The notes beneath the pieces are model-generated. The model did no database searches. It was not told the DNA's origin and worked only from the letters and a program-made list of their open reading frames with translations. Position numbers and translations under genes: made by a program. A stretch of 63,524 nucleotides of DNA, filler included, from Chiloscyllium plagiosum (Eukaryota), in NCBI RefSeq assembly GCF_004010195.1. It is 4 parts of one record of this genome, joined end to end, with 100 filler letters (N's around TTAATTAATTAA, not from the genome) between each part and the next. Parts side by side here need not be neighbours in the genome. Positions count along the whole stretch, not along the records: positions 1 to 20,576 come from NC_057716.1; 3 more parts are not named here. One strand, given 5' to 3'. This document shows, piece after piece, positions 1-12,794 of this stretch. How positions within the stretch are numbered: position 1 is the first letter of the stretch; every line of letters begins with the position of its first letter.

Positions 1-308
1 GTGTGTGTGTTCTCAGTGACAGTGCACTGTTTCAGCAGTTCCTAGTGTGCGTGTTCTCAGTGACAGTGCACTGTTTCAGCAGTTCCTAGTGTGCGTGTTC
101 TCAGTGACAGTGCACTGTTTCAGCAGTTCCTAGTGTGCGTGTTCTCAGTGACAGTGCACTGTTTCAGCAGTTCCTAGTGTGCGTGTTCTCAGTGACAGTG
201 CACTGTTTCAGCAGTTCCTAGTGTGCGTGTTCTCAGTGACAGTGCACTGTTTCAGCAGTTCCGAGTTGTGTGAGTGTGTTCTCAGTAACAGTGCACTATT
301 TCAGCAGT
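1..308. repeat. 44-bp tandem repeat (about 7 units, truncated by the window start)
   Basis: Unit GTGTGCGTGTTCTCAGTGACAGTGCACTGTTTCAGCAGTTCCTA starts at 1, 45, 89, 133, 177 and 221, followed by one degenerate unit. Confidence 0.95.
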
Positions 309-915
309 TTCCGGAGTCCTGAGGTCATGTTGCAGTTGTATAAGACTCTGGTGCGGCCACATCTGGAGTATTGTGTGCAGTTTTGGTTGCCATACTATAG
401 GAAGGATGTGGAGGCACTGGAACGGGTGCAGAGGAGGTTTACCAGGATGTTGCCTGATATGGNNNNNNNNNNNNNNNNNNNNNNNNNAGGATGTTTCCTG
501 GTATGGTAGGAAGATCGTATGAGGAAAGGCTGAGGCACTTGGGGATGTTTTCATTGGAGAAAAGAAGGTTTAGGGGTGACTTGATAGAGGTGTACAAGAT
601 GATTAGGGGTTTAGATAGGGTTGACCATGAGAACCTTTTTCCACGTATGGAGTAAGTTATTACGAGGGGGCATAGCTTTAAATTAAGGGGTGGTAGGTAT
701 AGGACAGATGTTAGGGGTAGATTCTTTACTCCGCGAGTCGTGAGTTCATGGAATGCCCTGCCAGTAGCAGTGGTGGACTCTCCCTCTTTATGGGCATTTA
801 AACGGGCATTGGATAGGCATATGGAAGATTGTGGGCTAGTGTAGGTTATGTGGGCTTGGATCGGAGCAACATCGAGGGCCAAAGGGCCTGTACTGCGCTG
901 TATTTTTTTCTACTC
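309..915 (+). mobile_element. CR1 (HER1-like) LINE 3' fragment, spanning a 25-N gap
   Basis: Translation LYKTLVRPHLEYCVQFW..ALERVQRRFTRMLP is the CR1 ORF2 C-terminus; 3' tail GAGGGCCAAAGGGCCTGTACTG. Confidence 0.9.
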
Positions 916-939
916 TAACTGGCTAACCTAACTCTCTGC

Positions 940-1812
940 TTATCTTATATGTCTCAATTAAGTCACCTCTCAACCTTCTTCTCTCTCATGAAAACAGCCT
1001 CAAGTCCCTCAGCCTTTCCTCATAAGACCATCCCTCCATACCAGGCAACATCCTGGTAAATCTCCTCTGAACCCTTTCTAAAGCTTCCACAGCCTTCCTA
1101 TAATGCGGTGACCAGAACAGTGCGCAATATTCCAAGTGTGGCCGCACCAGAGTTTTGTACAGCTCCAGCATGACCTCATGGCTCCAAAACTCAATCCCTG
1201 TACCACTAAAAGCTAACACACCATATGGCATCTTAACAACCTTGTCAACCTGGGTGGCAACTTTCAGGGGTTTACGTACATGGGCACCGAGATCTCTCTG
1301 CTCATCGACACTACCAAGAATCTTACCATTAGCCCAGTACTCTGCATTCTGGTTACTCCTTCCAAAGTGAATCACTTCAAACTTATAGAGTCGTAGAATG
1401 ATAGAGATGTACAGCATGGAAACAGACCCTTCGGTCCAACCCGTCCATGCCAACCAGACATCACAACCAAATCTAGTCCCACCTGCCAGCACCCAGCCCA
1501 TATCCCTCCAACCCTTCCTATTCATATATCCATTCAGATGCCTTTTAACTGTTGCAATTGTACCAGCCTCCACCACATCCTCTGGCAGCTCATTCCATAC
1601 ATGTACCACCCTCTACATGAAACAGTTGTCCCTTAGGTCTCTTTTATATCTTTCCCCTCTCACCCTAATCCTATGCCCTCCAGTTCTGGACTCCCCCACC
1701 CCAAGGAAGAGACTTTGTCTATTTACCCTATCCATGCCCCTCATGATTTTATAAACCTCTATAAGGTCACCCCTCAGCCTCCGATGCTCCTGGGAAAACA
1801 GCACTAGCCTCA
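940..1812 (-). mobile_element. Two adjacent CR1 LINE 3' fragments
   Basis: ORF 986-1609 and 1613-1957 pieces (EVIHFG, QRDLG, RPHLEYC, RLRGDLIEVYKIM); tail CTGTACATCTCTAT on - at ~1385-1420. Confidence 0.9.
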
Positions 1813-2400
1813 AGGATCCCGAAAACATGCTCAGAGACATCACGTACCCTGCCACTTGGGAGGCAATATACCAACCGTGAGTCTGTTTCGTTCCCAAAGA
1901 ACCTTCTACCTGTCCCTCTAATATGGAGTCGCCAATGACTAATGCTGTGCTCCTCATCCCTCTTCCCCTCTGAGCAACAGGGACAGACTCTGTGCTAGAG
2001 ACCTGTGCCCCATTGCTTTCCCCTCATAAGTCATTCCCCCCCCCACCCCCGCACTATCCAAAAGAGTATACTTGTTGTTGAGGTGAACAACCACAAGCGA
2101 TCCCTGCACCACCTGCCTGTTCCCTTTCCCTCCCCTGAAGGTAACCTATCTACCTTCTTCTTTTACCTGAGGCGTGACTACCTCCCTGTAACTCCTCTCA
2201 ATAACCTCCTCTGCCTCCCGGATGATCTGATGTTCATGCAGCTCCAGCTCCAATTCCCTAACGCAGTTTTCAAGGAGCTGGATTCGGGTGCAATTCCCAC
2301 AGATGCAGTCAGCAGGCACACTACTGGTGACCCTTACCTCACACATTCTGCAGGAGGAACATTCAACTGCCCTAAACTCCATTCTCACTACTCTAAATCC
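1813..2400 (-). mobile_element. CR1 ORF1 fragment (zinc-finger/leucine-zipper and SGNH esterase region), frameshifted
   Basis: MEFRAVECSSCRM..CICGNC..IQLLEN.VRELELEL and ALVIGDSI (GDSL-like block I), as in esterase-bearing CR1 ORF1. Confidence 0.75.
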
Positions 2401-2462
2401 CCAACAAGACCACTGAAAACTAACAAAAACATAAAGAAACCAGTCAACTTACCAATTGCTGA

Positions 2463-2628
2463 ACAGTCCAAAGATGTGCAGGTCAGGTGAATTGGCCATG
2501 CTAAATTGCCCGTAGTGTTAGGTAAGGGGTAAATGTAGGGGTATGGGTGGGTTGCGCTTCGGCGGGTCGGTGTGGACTTGTTGGGCCGAAGGGCCTGTTT
2601 CCACACTGTAAGTAATCTAATCTAATCT
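2463..2628 (+). mobile_element. HE1-type SINE, 5'-truncated
   Basis: CAGTCCAAAGATGTGCAGG...TTGGGCCGAAGGGCCTGTTTCCACACTGTA-(TAATC)n. Confidence 0.85.
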
Positions 2629-2858
2629 AAGAACTTTTGTTCGGTTAGAGGATGAGGTCGGGTGCGAGAAATTATCTGAGTAATGTTTGGGGTAAAGCAA
2701 CCACCCAAATATAAGGCCTCACCTACCCAGCAGCCTGCTCCTGCTGCCGACACGCGAGGTAAAGCTTTAAATCTTTTAAAATTGACCTTCCCATCGGGTC
2801 TCTGGTGCTCGCTGTCATTCCTCCCACTCCAACTGCTGCCGACAAATGTCAGGACACA

Positions 2859-3064
2859 CCAGGCCATTACCACCATACCAGGCCATTACCACCACGCAAG
2901 GCCAGGAACAATGCACCAGGCCAGGACTGTCATGCCAGGCTGAGACCACCATGCCAGGCTGAGACTGCCATGCCAGGCCAGTACCAACACACCAGGCCAA
3001 GTCTGCCATGCCAAACCAGTACCAACACACCAGGCTGACACCACCAAGCCAGGCCAAGACCATG
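2859..3064. repeat. Degenerate 19-bp minisatellite (about 11 units, CCAGGCC...)
   Basis: CCAGG-like motif recurs every 19 nt from 2859. Confidence 0.85.
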
Positions 3065-3334
3065 GGAGTGGACAAGCCCGGGATCAGATTTTAGAGGTAT
3101 GGAGGGATTATGGGGTGAAAGTGGAAAGGTGGCATTGAGATAGAGGATATCAAATGACCAAGCAGGCTCAAAGGGCCAAATGGCCTACTCCTGGTTTCTA
3201 TGTACGTTGATAGTAAGGGGTTGAGGACAGGGTGGTGCTGACTGAGGGTACATAGTTGGGTTGTAGGATAGGTAAAGTGCGTGGTGCTTTGGTTAAACAA
3301 TGGCTATATGTACAAGGGAGTGTCAACCATTAAA

Positions 3335-3628
3335 TTAGGCTACCTACAGTGTGGAAACCAGCCCTTTGACCCAAAACGTCCACACTGACCCTCCGAAGAG
3401 CAACCCACCCACACTTCCCCACCCTGACTAATGCAGTGGGACAATTTAGCATGGCCAATTCACCTGGCCTGGACATCTTTGGACTGTGGGAGGAGACCGG
3501 AGCACCAGGGGGAAAACGTGGGGAGAACGTGCAAACTCCACACAGGCAGTCACCCGAAGCAGGAATTGAACCCAGGTCCGTGGCACTGTGAGGCAGCAGT
3601 GCTAATCACGGAGCCACCGTGCCACCCC
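3335..3628 (-). mobile_element. HE1-type tRNA-derived SINE
   Basis: On the - strand GGCACGGTGGCTC.GTG.TTAGCACTGCTGCCTCACAG..GGGTTCAATTCC (A and B boxes), central conserved domain, and CR1-like tail. Confidence 0.9.
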
Positions 3629-4307
3629 ATGTTGACAGTGACTTTGGGAGTCCCATGACATTGCCAGTGAGGGGCACTACAGGATTGCCAATGCTTGTCA
3701 AGGATAGCGGGTGGGGCACTAAGGGCTGACATCTGGTGAGTGGCCAGTTGTTCCAGGAAGTCATGCCCAAAGCATTGGCTCCTTATTCGCCTCAGACTAT
3801 TAGCTTCATACAAAATACTTGGCATTTGAACAAAGTAAACAAACACAGGAGTTATTTAAAGTCTCGAGTTTGTTTAAATTTACATGGCTGAACCTGTTCA
3901 GAGAATCCAGCAAGTTTAATAGTTCACAGTAGAGGAAATCATTGATGGGTATAGGTCATTGGGTGCTTTTGTGAGACACAAGTGGGAGTAGGTTTTCACT
4001 CAGATTCTGACTCACTTGCCTCTGTGTTTGTCTGGACTTGGAAAGTTAGTTGAAACCATCAGGATGTGCATTTACTTCAAAAATTCACTGAAAAACCGAA
4101 AAGATTACTCACCATAGAATCTCCCGTGTTGCAATCTGCACAAGCTTACAATTTCTGTCAGTGATTACTGATTTGTATTGTGTTTCATACGGGACAGGAA
4201 TCTAGGAGCAAGCCCTGGAGCCTGAGGCCTATTCACCCATTCCATCAAATCTCTAGCTGATCTATATCTTAATTCCAACCAATCACCTTAGCCGCATTTC
4301 CTTTCAG

Positions 4308-5112
4308 AGTCATAGAGTCATAGAGATGCACTGCATGGAAACAGACCCTTCGGTCCAACCCGTCCATGCGGACCAGATATCCCAACCCAATCTAGTCCCA
4401 CCTGCCAGCACCCAGCCCATATCCCTCCAAACCCTTCCTATTCATATACCGATCCAGATGCCTTTTAAATGTTGCAATTGTACCAGCCTCCACTACTTCC
4501 TCTGGCAGCTCATTCCATACACGTACCACCCTCTGGGTGAAAACGTTGCCCCTTAGGTCTCTTTTATATCTTTCCCCTCTCACCTTAAACCTGTGCCCTC
4601 GAGTTCTGGACTCCCCCACCCCAGGAAAAAGACTTTGTCTATTTACTCTATCCACGCCCCTCATAATTTTGTAAACCTCTATAAGGTCACCCCTCAGCCT
4701 CTGACGCTCCAGATAAAACAGCCCCAGCATGTTCAGCCTCTCCTTATAGCTCAAATCTTCCAATCCTGGCAACATCCTTGTAAATCTTTTCTGAACCCTT
4801 TCAAGTTTCACAACATCTTTCTGATAGGAAGGAGACCAGAATTACATGCAACATTCCAATAGTGGCCTAATCAATGTCCTGTACAGCTGCAACATGACCT
4901 CCCAACTCCTGTACTCAATACTCTGACCAATAAAGGAAAGCATACCAAACGCCTTCTTCACTATCCTATCTACTTGCGACTCCACTTTCAAGGAGCTATG
5001 AACCTGCACTCCAAGGTCTCTTTGTTCTGCAACACTCCCTGGGACCTTACCATTAAGTGTGTAAGTCCTGCTAAGATTTGCTTTCCCAAAATGCAGCACC
5101 TCACATTTATCT
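4308..5112 (-). mobile_element. CR1 (HER1-like) LINE 3' fragment
   Basis: ORFs 4392-4811 and 4842-5117 give the CR1 ORF2 C-terminus; tail (CTCTATGA)n. Confidence 0.92.
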
Positions 5113-6292
5113 TTCAAATGATTGGCTTGCAGAAAAATGGCAATCCATCTGTGATTTGCAATTATGAAGAGAGCTGTGATCAGTAGTGTTTTGTGGGAGA
5201 CAGTGACAGGGAGTGGTGTTTGCTAACCCCTTACCTGAATGACCAGATGTTAAGGTACTCTTGTCTATTCCAGGAAAATTTAAAAAAAAACCAAAGAACT
5301 GCAGATGCTGGAAATCAGAAACAAAAACAGAAATTGCTGGGTAAAATCTGTAGAGAGAAAGCAGGGTTAACGTCTCAAGTCCAGCAACAGGAGAATAGAG
5401 GTCTCTGTACCTCCCCCAAAAATTCAGTTCAATGTCATCGACTTTTAATTGAATTACCTTAACCTTCCCTTTTCCGGGATGATGCAGGAATATATTATGT
5501 CATCTCTCCTCAACGCCCAATGTTTGTTGCGATACTAACTTTGCAATAACAGTATATTTATTTTGTAAAGTGCAGAATCTAGAATTTTTGAATATCTATA
5601 TAAACTCCATGTGTGGACACTCCCCAGTCCATTCTCCAGCCTCCTGAAAGGTTTCAGTGAGGTTGACATGACTGTAGAACCACAGAAGGTGGCCACTTCG
5701 CCCATCTTGTCCATGCTGACCCAAAGACTCCCAGATGTCTTTTCTAATCCCATCTTTCTGCACACGACCCATAGCCCTTCAGCCTGCATCATGTACAGTG
5801 CAGATCCAGGCATTTTTTAAAAGAATTTAAGGTCTCTGCCACCACCATCAACTTAGGCAATAATTCCATACACTCATTACCCTCCATGTAAAAACGTTTT
5901 CCCTCACATCCCTTCTAATTCTTCTGCTGCTTAGCTTGAATCTATGATCCCCTGGTTTTTCAATTCTCTGCCAAGGGAAACAATGTTTCCTGTCTCCTCC
6001 ATCTCTGCCCCTCAACGGTTTGTGTATCTCAATATTGCCACCCCCCTCGGGTTTCACTGTTCCAAGGAAATGGTGGAGTTCACCATTGTAACATGCTACC
6101 TCATTCTTTTCTTTCTTACTTTCACAGGGATGTGGAGGTTGTTAGTTAGGTCAATATTTGTTACTCATCCCTAATTGCCCCGAGTGGATTACTAGGTCAT
6201 TTCGGAGGGCAGTTAAGAATCATACGCAGACCAATTAAGGAAGGTAGATTTCCTTCCCTAAACGACAGCAGTGAATGGATGGGTTTTTATAA

Positions 6293-6511
6293 GATTAGAG
6301 TGGTCCTGGAAAAGCACAGCAAGTCTGGCAGCATCTGAGGAGCAGGAAAATCGATGTTTCAGGCAAAAGCCCTTCATCAAGAATGCTGAAGGGCTTTTGC
6401 CCGAAATGTAAATTTTCCTGCTCCTCGGATGCTGCCTGACCTGTTGTGCTTTTCCAGCACCACTCTAATCTTGACTCTAATATCCAGAATCTGCAGTCCT
6501 CACTTTTGCCA
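6293..6511. mobile_element. PLE-derived inverted-repeat insertion, family A (degenerate hammerheads)
   Basis: Arms ~6291-6380 and ~6385-6472 are reverse complements, plus a ~39-nt tail; TSD GGTTTTTATAA at 6282-6292 and 6512-6522. Confidence 0.8.
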
Positions 6512-7504
6512 GGTTTTTATAACAATCAACAAATGGTTTCATGGTCACCAATAGGTCTGGAGCCATACGCAGGCCAGACCAGGCCAGGACGGCAGATTTC
6601 CTTCCCTGAGGGACATTTAGCTCTTTGCTGTTTCATAAGCTGTAGGCATCCCAAGCAAGGAAAACATTTATTGCCCATTCCTTTGCACTGACAGCAGTTA
6701 GGACTCAATCAATTGGCTGTGGCTTTGGAATATTGGCTGATTTTCTTCCAGATTGGGTATGAATAGTGTTACTTCAGTAAATGTTTTTTTAAAGCTGAGA
6801 TGGATTTTCTTTTGAACAATAAAGGAATTAAGGGATACGGTGAGAGGGCGGGTAAGTGGAGCTGGGTCCACAAAAAGATCAGCCATGATCTTACTGAATG
6901 GTGGAGTAGGCTAGAGGGGCCAGATGGCCTACTCCTGCTCCTAGTTCTTATGAGTGAATTAGACTTCTTGCTTACGATAATTTATGACACTTTCTATGTC
7001 ACCATTATTGAGACTGGTTTTATATTCTTGACTTATTAATTTAATTGAAATTTGTCCAGCTATTGAGATGGGATTCATACCTACTTCCCCTGAGCATGGC
7101 CTGGGTGTTTGGCTGAACAGCCCAGTGATGTTGTCAACTGGTTTAAAGTGAGGCCTGTTTGCTACAGTTGAGCCTCTCTGGGCAAGGAAGGAATCTCACG
7201 ATGAGCTGAGGCAAATGGTGTTGAATGTGGACAGAATAATAAGGCTGTAGAAGTCAACAAGTCACTTATGTCATCCTGATTAATTCTGAATTTTTCTTCA
7301 GACACTATGCCATGGTCTCAATGACCACCTACATTTGTAGAGCCCCTTTAGTGTGGCAGAGCATCCAAAGCTGCTTCACAAGAGTGCCATCCAATAAATA
7401 TTAATACTGAACCTCCTGTGCCAAGAGGTGATCAACAGCTCCATCAAAGAGGTAGGTTTCAGGGAGTATCTCAAGGAAGATACAAAAGGAGTAAGGTTTG
7501 TCAT

Positions 7505-7815
7505 TACAGAATCTCTACAGGGAGGAAGCAGGCCATTCAGCCAATCGAGTCCACACCAAAAGTAGCCAACCCAGACCTACCTTATCCCTAAATTCCCAAC
7601 AGATAATCCATCTAGCCTGCATTTCCCTGGACACTATGGCCAACTTAGCATGGGCAATCCACCCTAACCTGCACATCTTTGGACTGCGGGAGGAAACCCA
7701 TACAGACAAGGGGAGAATGTGCAAACTCCACACAGACAGTCACCTGAGGGTGGGATTGAACCCAGGTTCCTGGTGCCGTGAGGCAGCAGTGCTAACCACT
7801 GAGCCACTGTGCCAT
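7505..7815 (-). mobile_element. HE1-type SINE
   Basis: Same tRNA head and central domain as the other copies. Confidence 0.85.
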
Positions 7816-9438
7816 CCTATGGGAGCACATTTAAGGCGGGTGTTTCAGGGATAAGGGCCTAGGGAGCTAAAAGCATGAGAAGTAGAGAAACATTTTGAAT
7901 AGGGAATGTACAAAAGGCTAAAATTGAATGGGAAGGCAGAGAAGTACGCCAGTTAGCCCATCCTACTTGTGTCAGCCCTTTGACAGAGTTCTCACGTTTA
8001 TCTCATTGCCCCATTTCTCCATTGTCCTGCAATATTTTACTCTTGGAGCGTTTATCTAACTTCATTTCGAAAGTCGCTTTTGAAAAGTTGTTTCCACAGA
8101 AGCTGTAGTCTCGACTATAACAACTTGCTCCTTGGAAGGAAAATTCTCTATTTCCCTTTTGGCTGTCTTCAAAATTATCTTGATCCTGCTTTCTGATCCC
8201 CGCTCAGTAAAAACAGCTTATTTTTACTGACCACGTCAAAAGCTTTTGTAATTCTGAAAGCCTGTGTTAAATTTCCACCCTCTCCACTCCAAGGAGAACA
8301 ATTCCATGTTTTCTTAAGTTCTCTACATGTTACAGGTTCCCGGTATACGGTATATTTCAGTAAACCCCACTCTACAAATGCTACACTGTTCAGGATTGGT
8401 TTCAATACTGTTGCCAAAGGCCAAACAATACCTTATAATGCTTCGTATAACTTTCTTGCCTTTGTTTTCAATATTTCTGTTTATAAACTGTCCTGTATCG
8501 TTCAGTGTTTGTAATGGAGTTTTGAAATATATATTCTTAATCAGGAGCATAAATTACACAGTGGATGCAAATGGATTTTATGTTTCTTTAAAACAAAGAT
8601 CAGAAAGTTATTTTGAACAGTGAGGTAATGGCGAGATTCCAATGAAATCATATTATTTTAACTAAATGACTGACAAACCCCCAGGGAAGATAAAAAGTAC
8701 GGGAGAAACTCAGCAAGTCTGGTCACATCAGTGGAAAGAAAGCAGATGTGACGTTTTGGGTCCAGTGACCCTCCTTCAGAACCCCATGGGGAAATAATTG
8801 CCAAGGAGTTTGCTGACTTGAGTTTTATAAGCCAGAGAAAAACAGAAAGAGTCTCAGACTCAAGTTCATTCTAAAAGAAAAGGTCTATGAGAGCAGAGAT
8901 GATATTACTTTGTCAGTCTCCTAAAACAGGCGAGGCAACACCAGGGAGAAGTCCAAAGATGCTTATAAGAAAACTTCACAAAACAAATGACCATGGAGCT
9001 GGAAGGAAGGAAGACGTCCTACAGGCTGTTGAGGTTTAAGGAATCCTTGATCAGTAGTAGGAGCAAGCTGAATTGGCAGCTTGGCAAAGGTCTTGAGGAT
9101 AGACATTAATTGGAGAGAATAATGTTGAGTGAACTTTGGCAAAACGGAAATCAATTAGATCTATGTCAGCTGATTAGGAAGTTTAAATGTGGAGATGGGG
9201 GTGAGTTTGTGTGTCTGTAAGTTTGCGGTAAAGGGTTTGAACCTTTCAATCTGATATTTGTCATGAGCTAATTCCAATAACTCTTTTCCAGTGCAATACA
9301 GCTCATGTTTTATTTCTCTTTTGTGCAATAAACCTTTTTTTGTTAGAGGTACATTGGCAGCCTCTTGTGATTATGTTGAGTGACTGACCTCCACAGTTAT
9401 CAAACAGAAAAGAGTAAACTTGTCTATTATGGTCTATC

Positions 9439-9657
9439 GATGATGTTGGGGTGCCAGCGTTGGACTGGGATGGAGAAAGTCAGAAGTCACATGACACCAG
9501 GTTATAGTCCAACAGGTTTATTTGAAATCACAAGCTTTTCGGAGTGCTGTCCTTTTGTCGGGTGAAGTGACTCACCTGATGAAGGGGCAGCGCTCAGAAA
9601 GCTTGCGATTTCAAATAAACCTGTTGGACTATAACCTGGTGTCGTGTGACTTCTGAC
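9439..9657. mobile_element. PLE-derived inverted-repeat insertion, family C
   Basis: Arms ~9479-9565 and ~9572-9657; core CACCTGATGAAGGGGCAGCGCTCAGAAAGCTT; imperfect TSD ATGGTCTATC / ATGATCTATC at 9429-9438 and 9658-9667. Confidence 0.8.
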
Positions 9658-11869
9658 ATGATCTATCAAGCCAGGTTTCAATCTAGAATCTGATTTGTCC
9701 ACTATTAACGTCATAGAATCTTCTCAACTTCTCCATCCAGCATTTGGTGTTCGCACACTCACTTCCTGCACGCCATCTTAGATTTTAGGTAAAAGAAGAA
9801 CACATTTTAAAATTCTACACAATTAAACAGAGAAAGAGTTAAAATATTTTGACTGGATGATGAATCATTCTTCAGCTTTAGGCAATTTAAAAAGACACCT
9901 GAGTACTCAGGATATAGGTTACACAGATTGAAACAAGAAACCTATTGTACTGTCAGCACAACATTACTATTTTTTTAACACACCATAGCTTTTTTTCCAA
10001 AAAAAAATTACTCTGCCTTTCAATTAGAGTTTCTTCTGTTTTGTTTCTCATTTCAACAGTTCTCCTGGGAGGATTCCACCATTGCTCCCGATTAATGTAT
10101 CCCAGCAATTTTTTTTTTTGTTTGTCCTACTTCTTCCTGGTGGAATCGGTCAGGAGTCATGGATGAACTCCAATCACTGAAGTAGAGCAAGCTGTGGTGG
10201 ATGCTGCTGGTATCCCATTCGGGGCCATTCCTTTTGCCCACAGGCGTCCGATGCTCATCCAGCCCAATCCTGTCAGCTGCCACTTGACATTTTCACGAAT
10301 GTACTCGGTCACGATAAATCACAGCAGAACAATATCTGATAGTTAAAGCAAAACACGCTGGAGGCAGAAGCTTGGGGACTAGCCTGAATCAGCCTAAGCC
10401 AGATAGAGAGAAAAACAAATCTGAACGGAGGTTAAGCAGCAATGCCAACAACATTATGCAATAAATACTCTTGACTAAAACTTGATTTTTCTTCCAACTC
10501 TCAGGAAGCATATCAAATTCTGTTTTCCTTTCTGCAACGCTTAGTTATTCTGAATATTAAAGAGATAGAAGAGACTGCTGGTTTATTAGAACATTTTCAA
10601 ATGGTAATGGGTCAGAAATCTCCGTTAGAGATATGCACCACCCTCTTGCAATGTGAAGTCTGGGTGGCTCAGTTGGTACTTGTTCCTCTGGCTTTGAGTA
10701 TTGTGTGACTATATGAATTGGGAGTTGGTAAAAACCAATCGGCCCCTCTAGCCTAGTCCACCTTCCAATAAGATCACAGCTGATCTGACTACTCCATGTT
10801 GCCTAATGCACATTTGCCTCCTTGTTTGCGATACATCTATCCGAATCTCCATTAAGAATGTTCAGTTACTCAGTTCTCATCACCCTGGTGGGGTTCCAAA
10901 GACTCACAGCTTCTTGTGACAAAACTAAAATCTCATCTCTGTTGTAAATGATGACCCCGGACTTTTAGACGGTGACCCCTTAGTTCTGAATTCTCTCACG
11001 TGAGGCAGCTTCCACCCTGTCGGGGCCTCTCAGGATCTTGGATGCCTTAATCAAGTCTCCTTTCACCCTTCGAAACCTGAGTGGATAAGCCTAGCTTGTC
11101 CAACCTTTCCTCCTTCCAGGTGTCAGTCTAGTGATCTCCTCAGAACAGTTTCCAATATAATTACATCTTCCTTTAAGTAACTACACCGGTACTCTACAGA
11201 GTAATCCAGATGTGGTCTCAACAGTATCCGGTATAAGTGAAGCATGCCCTGATCATTTTTGCATTCAATTCCCCTTGCAATAAATTATTACGTTCTATTG
11301 GCTTCCTGAACTACTCATTGTACCTACTTGCCAACCTGTTGTGACTCATCAAAGAGGACACATCAATCCCTCTCTGCATCTCAGATCTCTCACCATTTAC
11401 ATAATTTCTTTTCTGAAATTCATTACCACAGGAAAGAGTTGATGCCAAAACATTGAATGTATTCAGGCGGTGGCAAGATATAGTTTTTGGGGTGAATGGG
11501 ATCAAAGGTTATGGGGAGAAAGCAGGATTAGGCTATTGAGTTGGACGGTCAGCCATGATCATGATGAATGGCGGAGGAGGCTCAAAGGGCTGAATGGCCT
11601 CCTCCTGCTCCTATCTTTGACGTTTCTATGTTTATGGGTTTCAAGGACCCCCCATGACTATCCTCATGTCCCCAATGCACCTCTGAAAAACTCCTACTCC
11701 AGGTTATAATCCAGACTGACTTCATTGCATTGTTAAAAATCTCATTGTTAAAAATCAGAGGATTCTTTTAGCCTGAAGCCCCCGCTCTTCATCTGTCTTA
11801 GTGAGTAGCAACTGTGAGTCTAAAGAAAAAGGATTCAAGCCCCTTTCTAAAGATTTGACCTTGAAAGCC

Positions 11870-12105
11870 CAGGTTGATCCTCTTGGTGTGATACTGAGGC
11901 AGTGCTACACTGTTGAAGGTGCCACCTTTCATACATAGTGTTAAACTGAGGCCCCGTCTGTTCTTTCAGTTGGGTACAGCAGATCCATCTTGATATAAAG
12001 CAAATATTTCTCCTCAGTGTCCTGGCCAATCTTATTCCTCAATCAATACCAAAAAAAAAACAGATTATCTATCACAATGCTGCTTGTGGAAGCTTGCTGT
12101 ATGCC
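11870..12105 (+). mobile_element. Degenerate DeuSINE-like element
   Basis: TACTGAGGCAGTGCTACACTGTTGAAGGTGCC..TTAAACTGAGGCCCCGTCTG..GTGTCCTGGCCAAT..GGAAGCTTGCTGT resembles the Deu domain as recalled. Related pieces at ~16540-16780, ~44590-44660, ~50095-50185 (-) and ~51200-51490. Confidence 0.55.
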
Positions 12106-12221
12106 GATATGTATGACATTATAAAGACTAGACTTCAACAAGCATTGGACTTATTGTTGTGTGCCACGAGATATATTGTTCCACTCTGATAGACTGGGGA
12201 TTGAGGCAGGCGGAACCAGAT

Positions 12222-12340
12222 ACTGCAGATGCTGGAGATTAGAGTCAAGATTAGAGTGGTGCTAGAAAAGCACAGCAGCTCAGGCAGCATCCGAGGAGCA
12301 GGAAAATCAACGTTTCAGACAAAAGCCCTTCAGCAGGAAT
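12222..12340 (-). mobile_element. PLE pLTR fragment, family A (single arm)
   Basis: CTGCAGATGCTGGAGATTAGAG...CAGGCAGCATCCGAGGAGCAGG..CGTTTC..AGCCCTTCAGCAGGAAT. Confidence 0.75.
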
Positions 12341-12794
12341 GAATGATTCGGATTGAGACAGGACCATGGAAAGTGTATTTCAACAACATAATAGGAGTTG
12401 GGATATTGGGAAGTTGTTCTGTTGTCAGAGAAGAGCCATCCACTGCAATACATTACCCAGTGATACTGAGAGTACTCATTCCTGACAAAGACATGCCCTA
12501 TATTCACTGTGATGCCTTAGACAGCACCTTCCAAAGCCTCAACCGCTACCATGTCAAACAACAAGGACAGCAGATATAGTGGAACACAAGCACCTGCATG
12601 TTTCCCTGCATGTTTCTCCCTCCAAACAGGAAGGACATACCCTTCCAGTATTATCGCTAGACTATTAATCCTGAAAATCAGCTAATGTTCTGGGGACCCG
12701 GATTCAACTTCTGCCACGGTGCATGGTGGAATTTGAATTTAAAAATGAATCTGGTATTCAGGGTCTCATGGTAACCATGCAACTATTGTTGATT

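Noticed and set aside
1..308. CRISPR-like array or V(D)J signal joint (palindromic repeat with CAGTG/CACTG)
   Set aside because: No unique spacers and a eukaryotic context; the heptamer orientation and nonamers do not fit an RSS.
440..510. Short duplication AGGATGTT.CCTG.TATGG around the Ns
   Set aside because: Probably overlapping contig ends at a 25-N gap.
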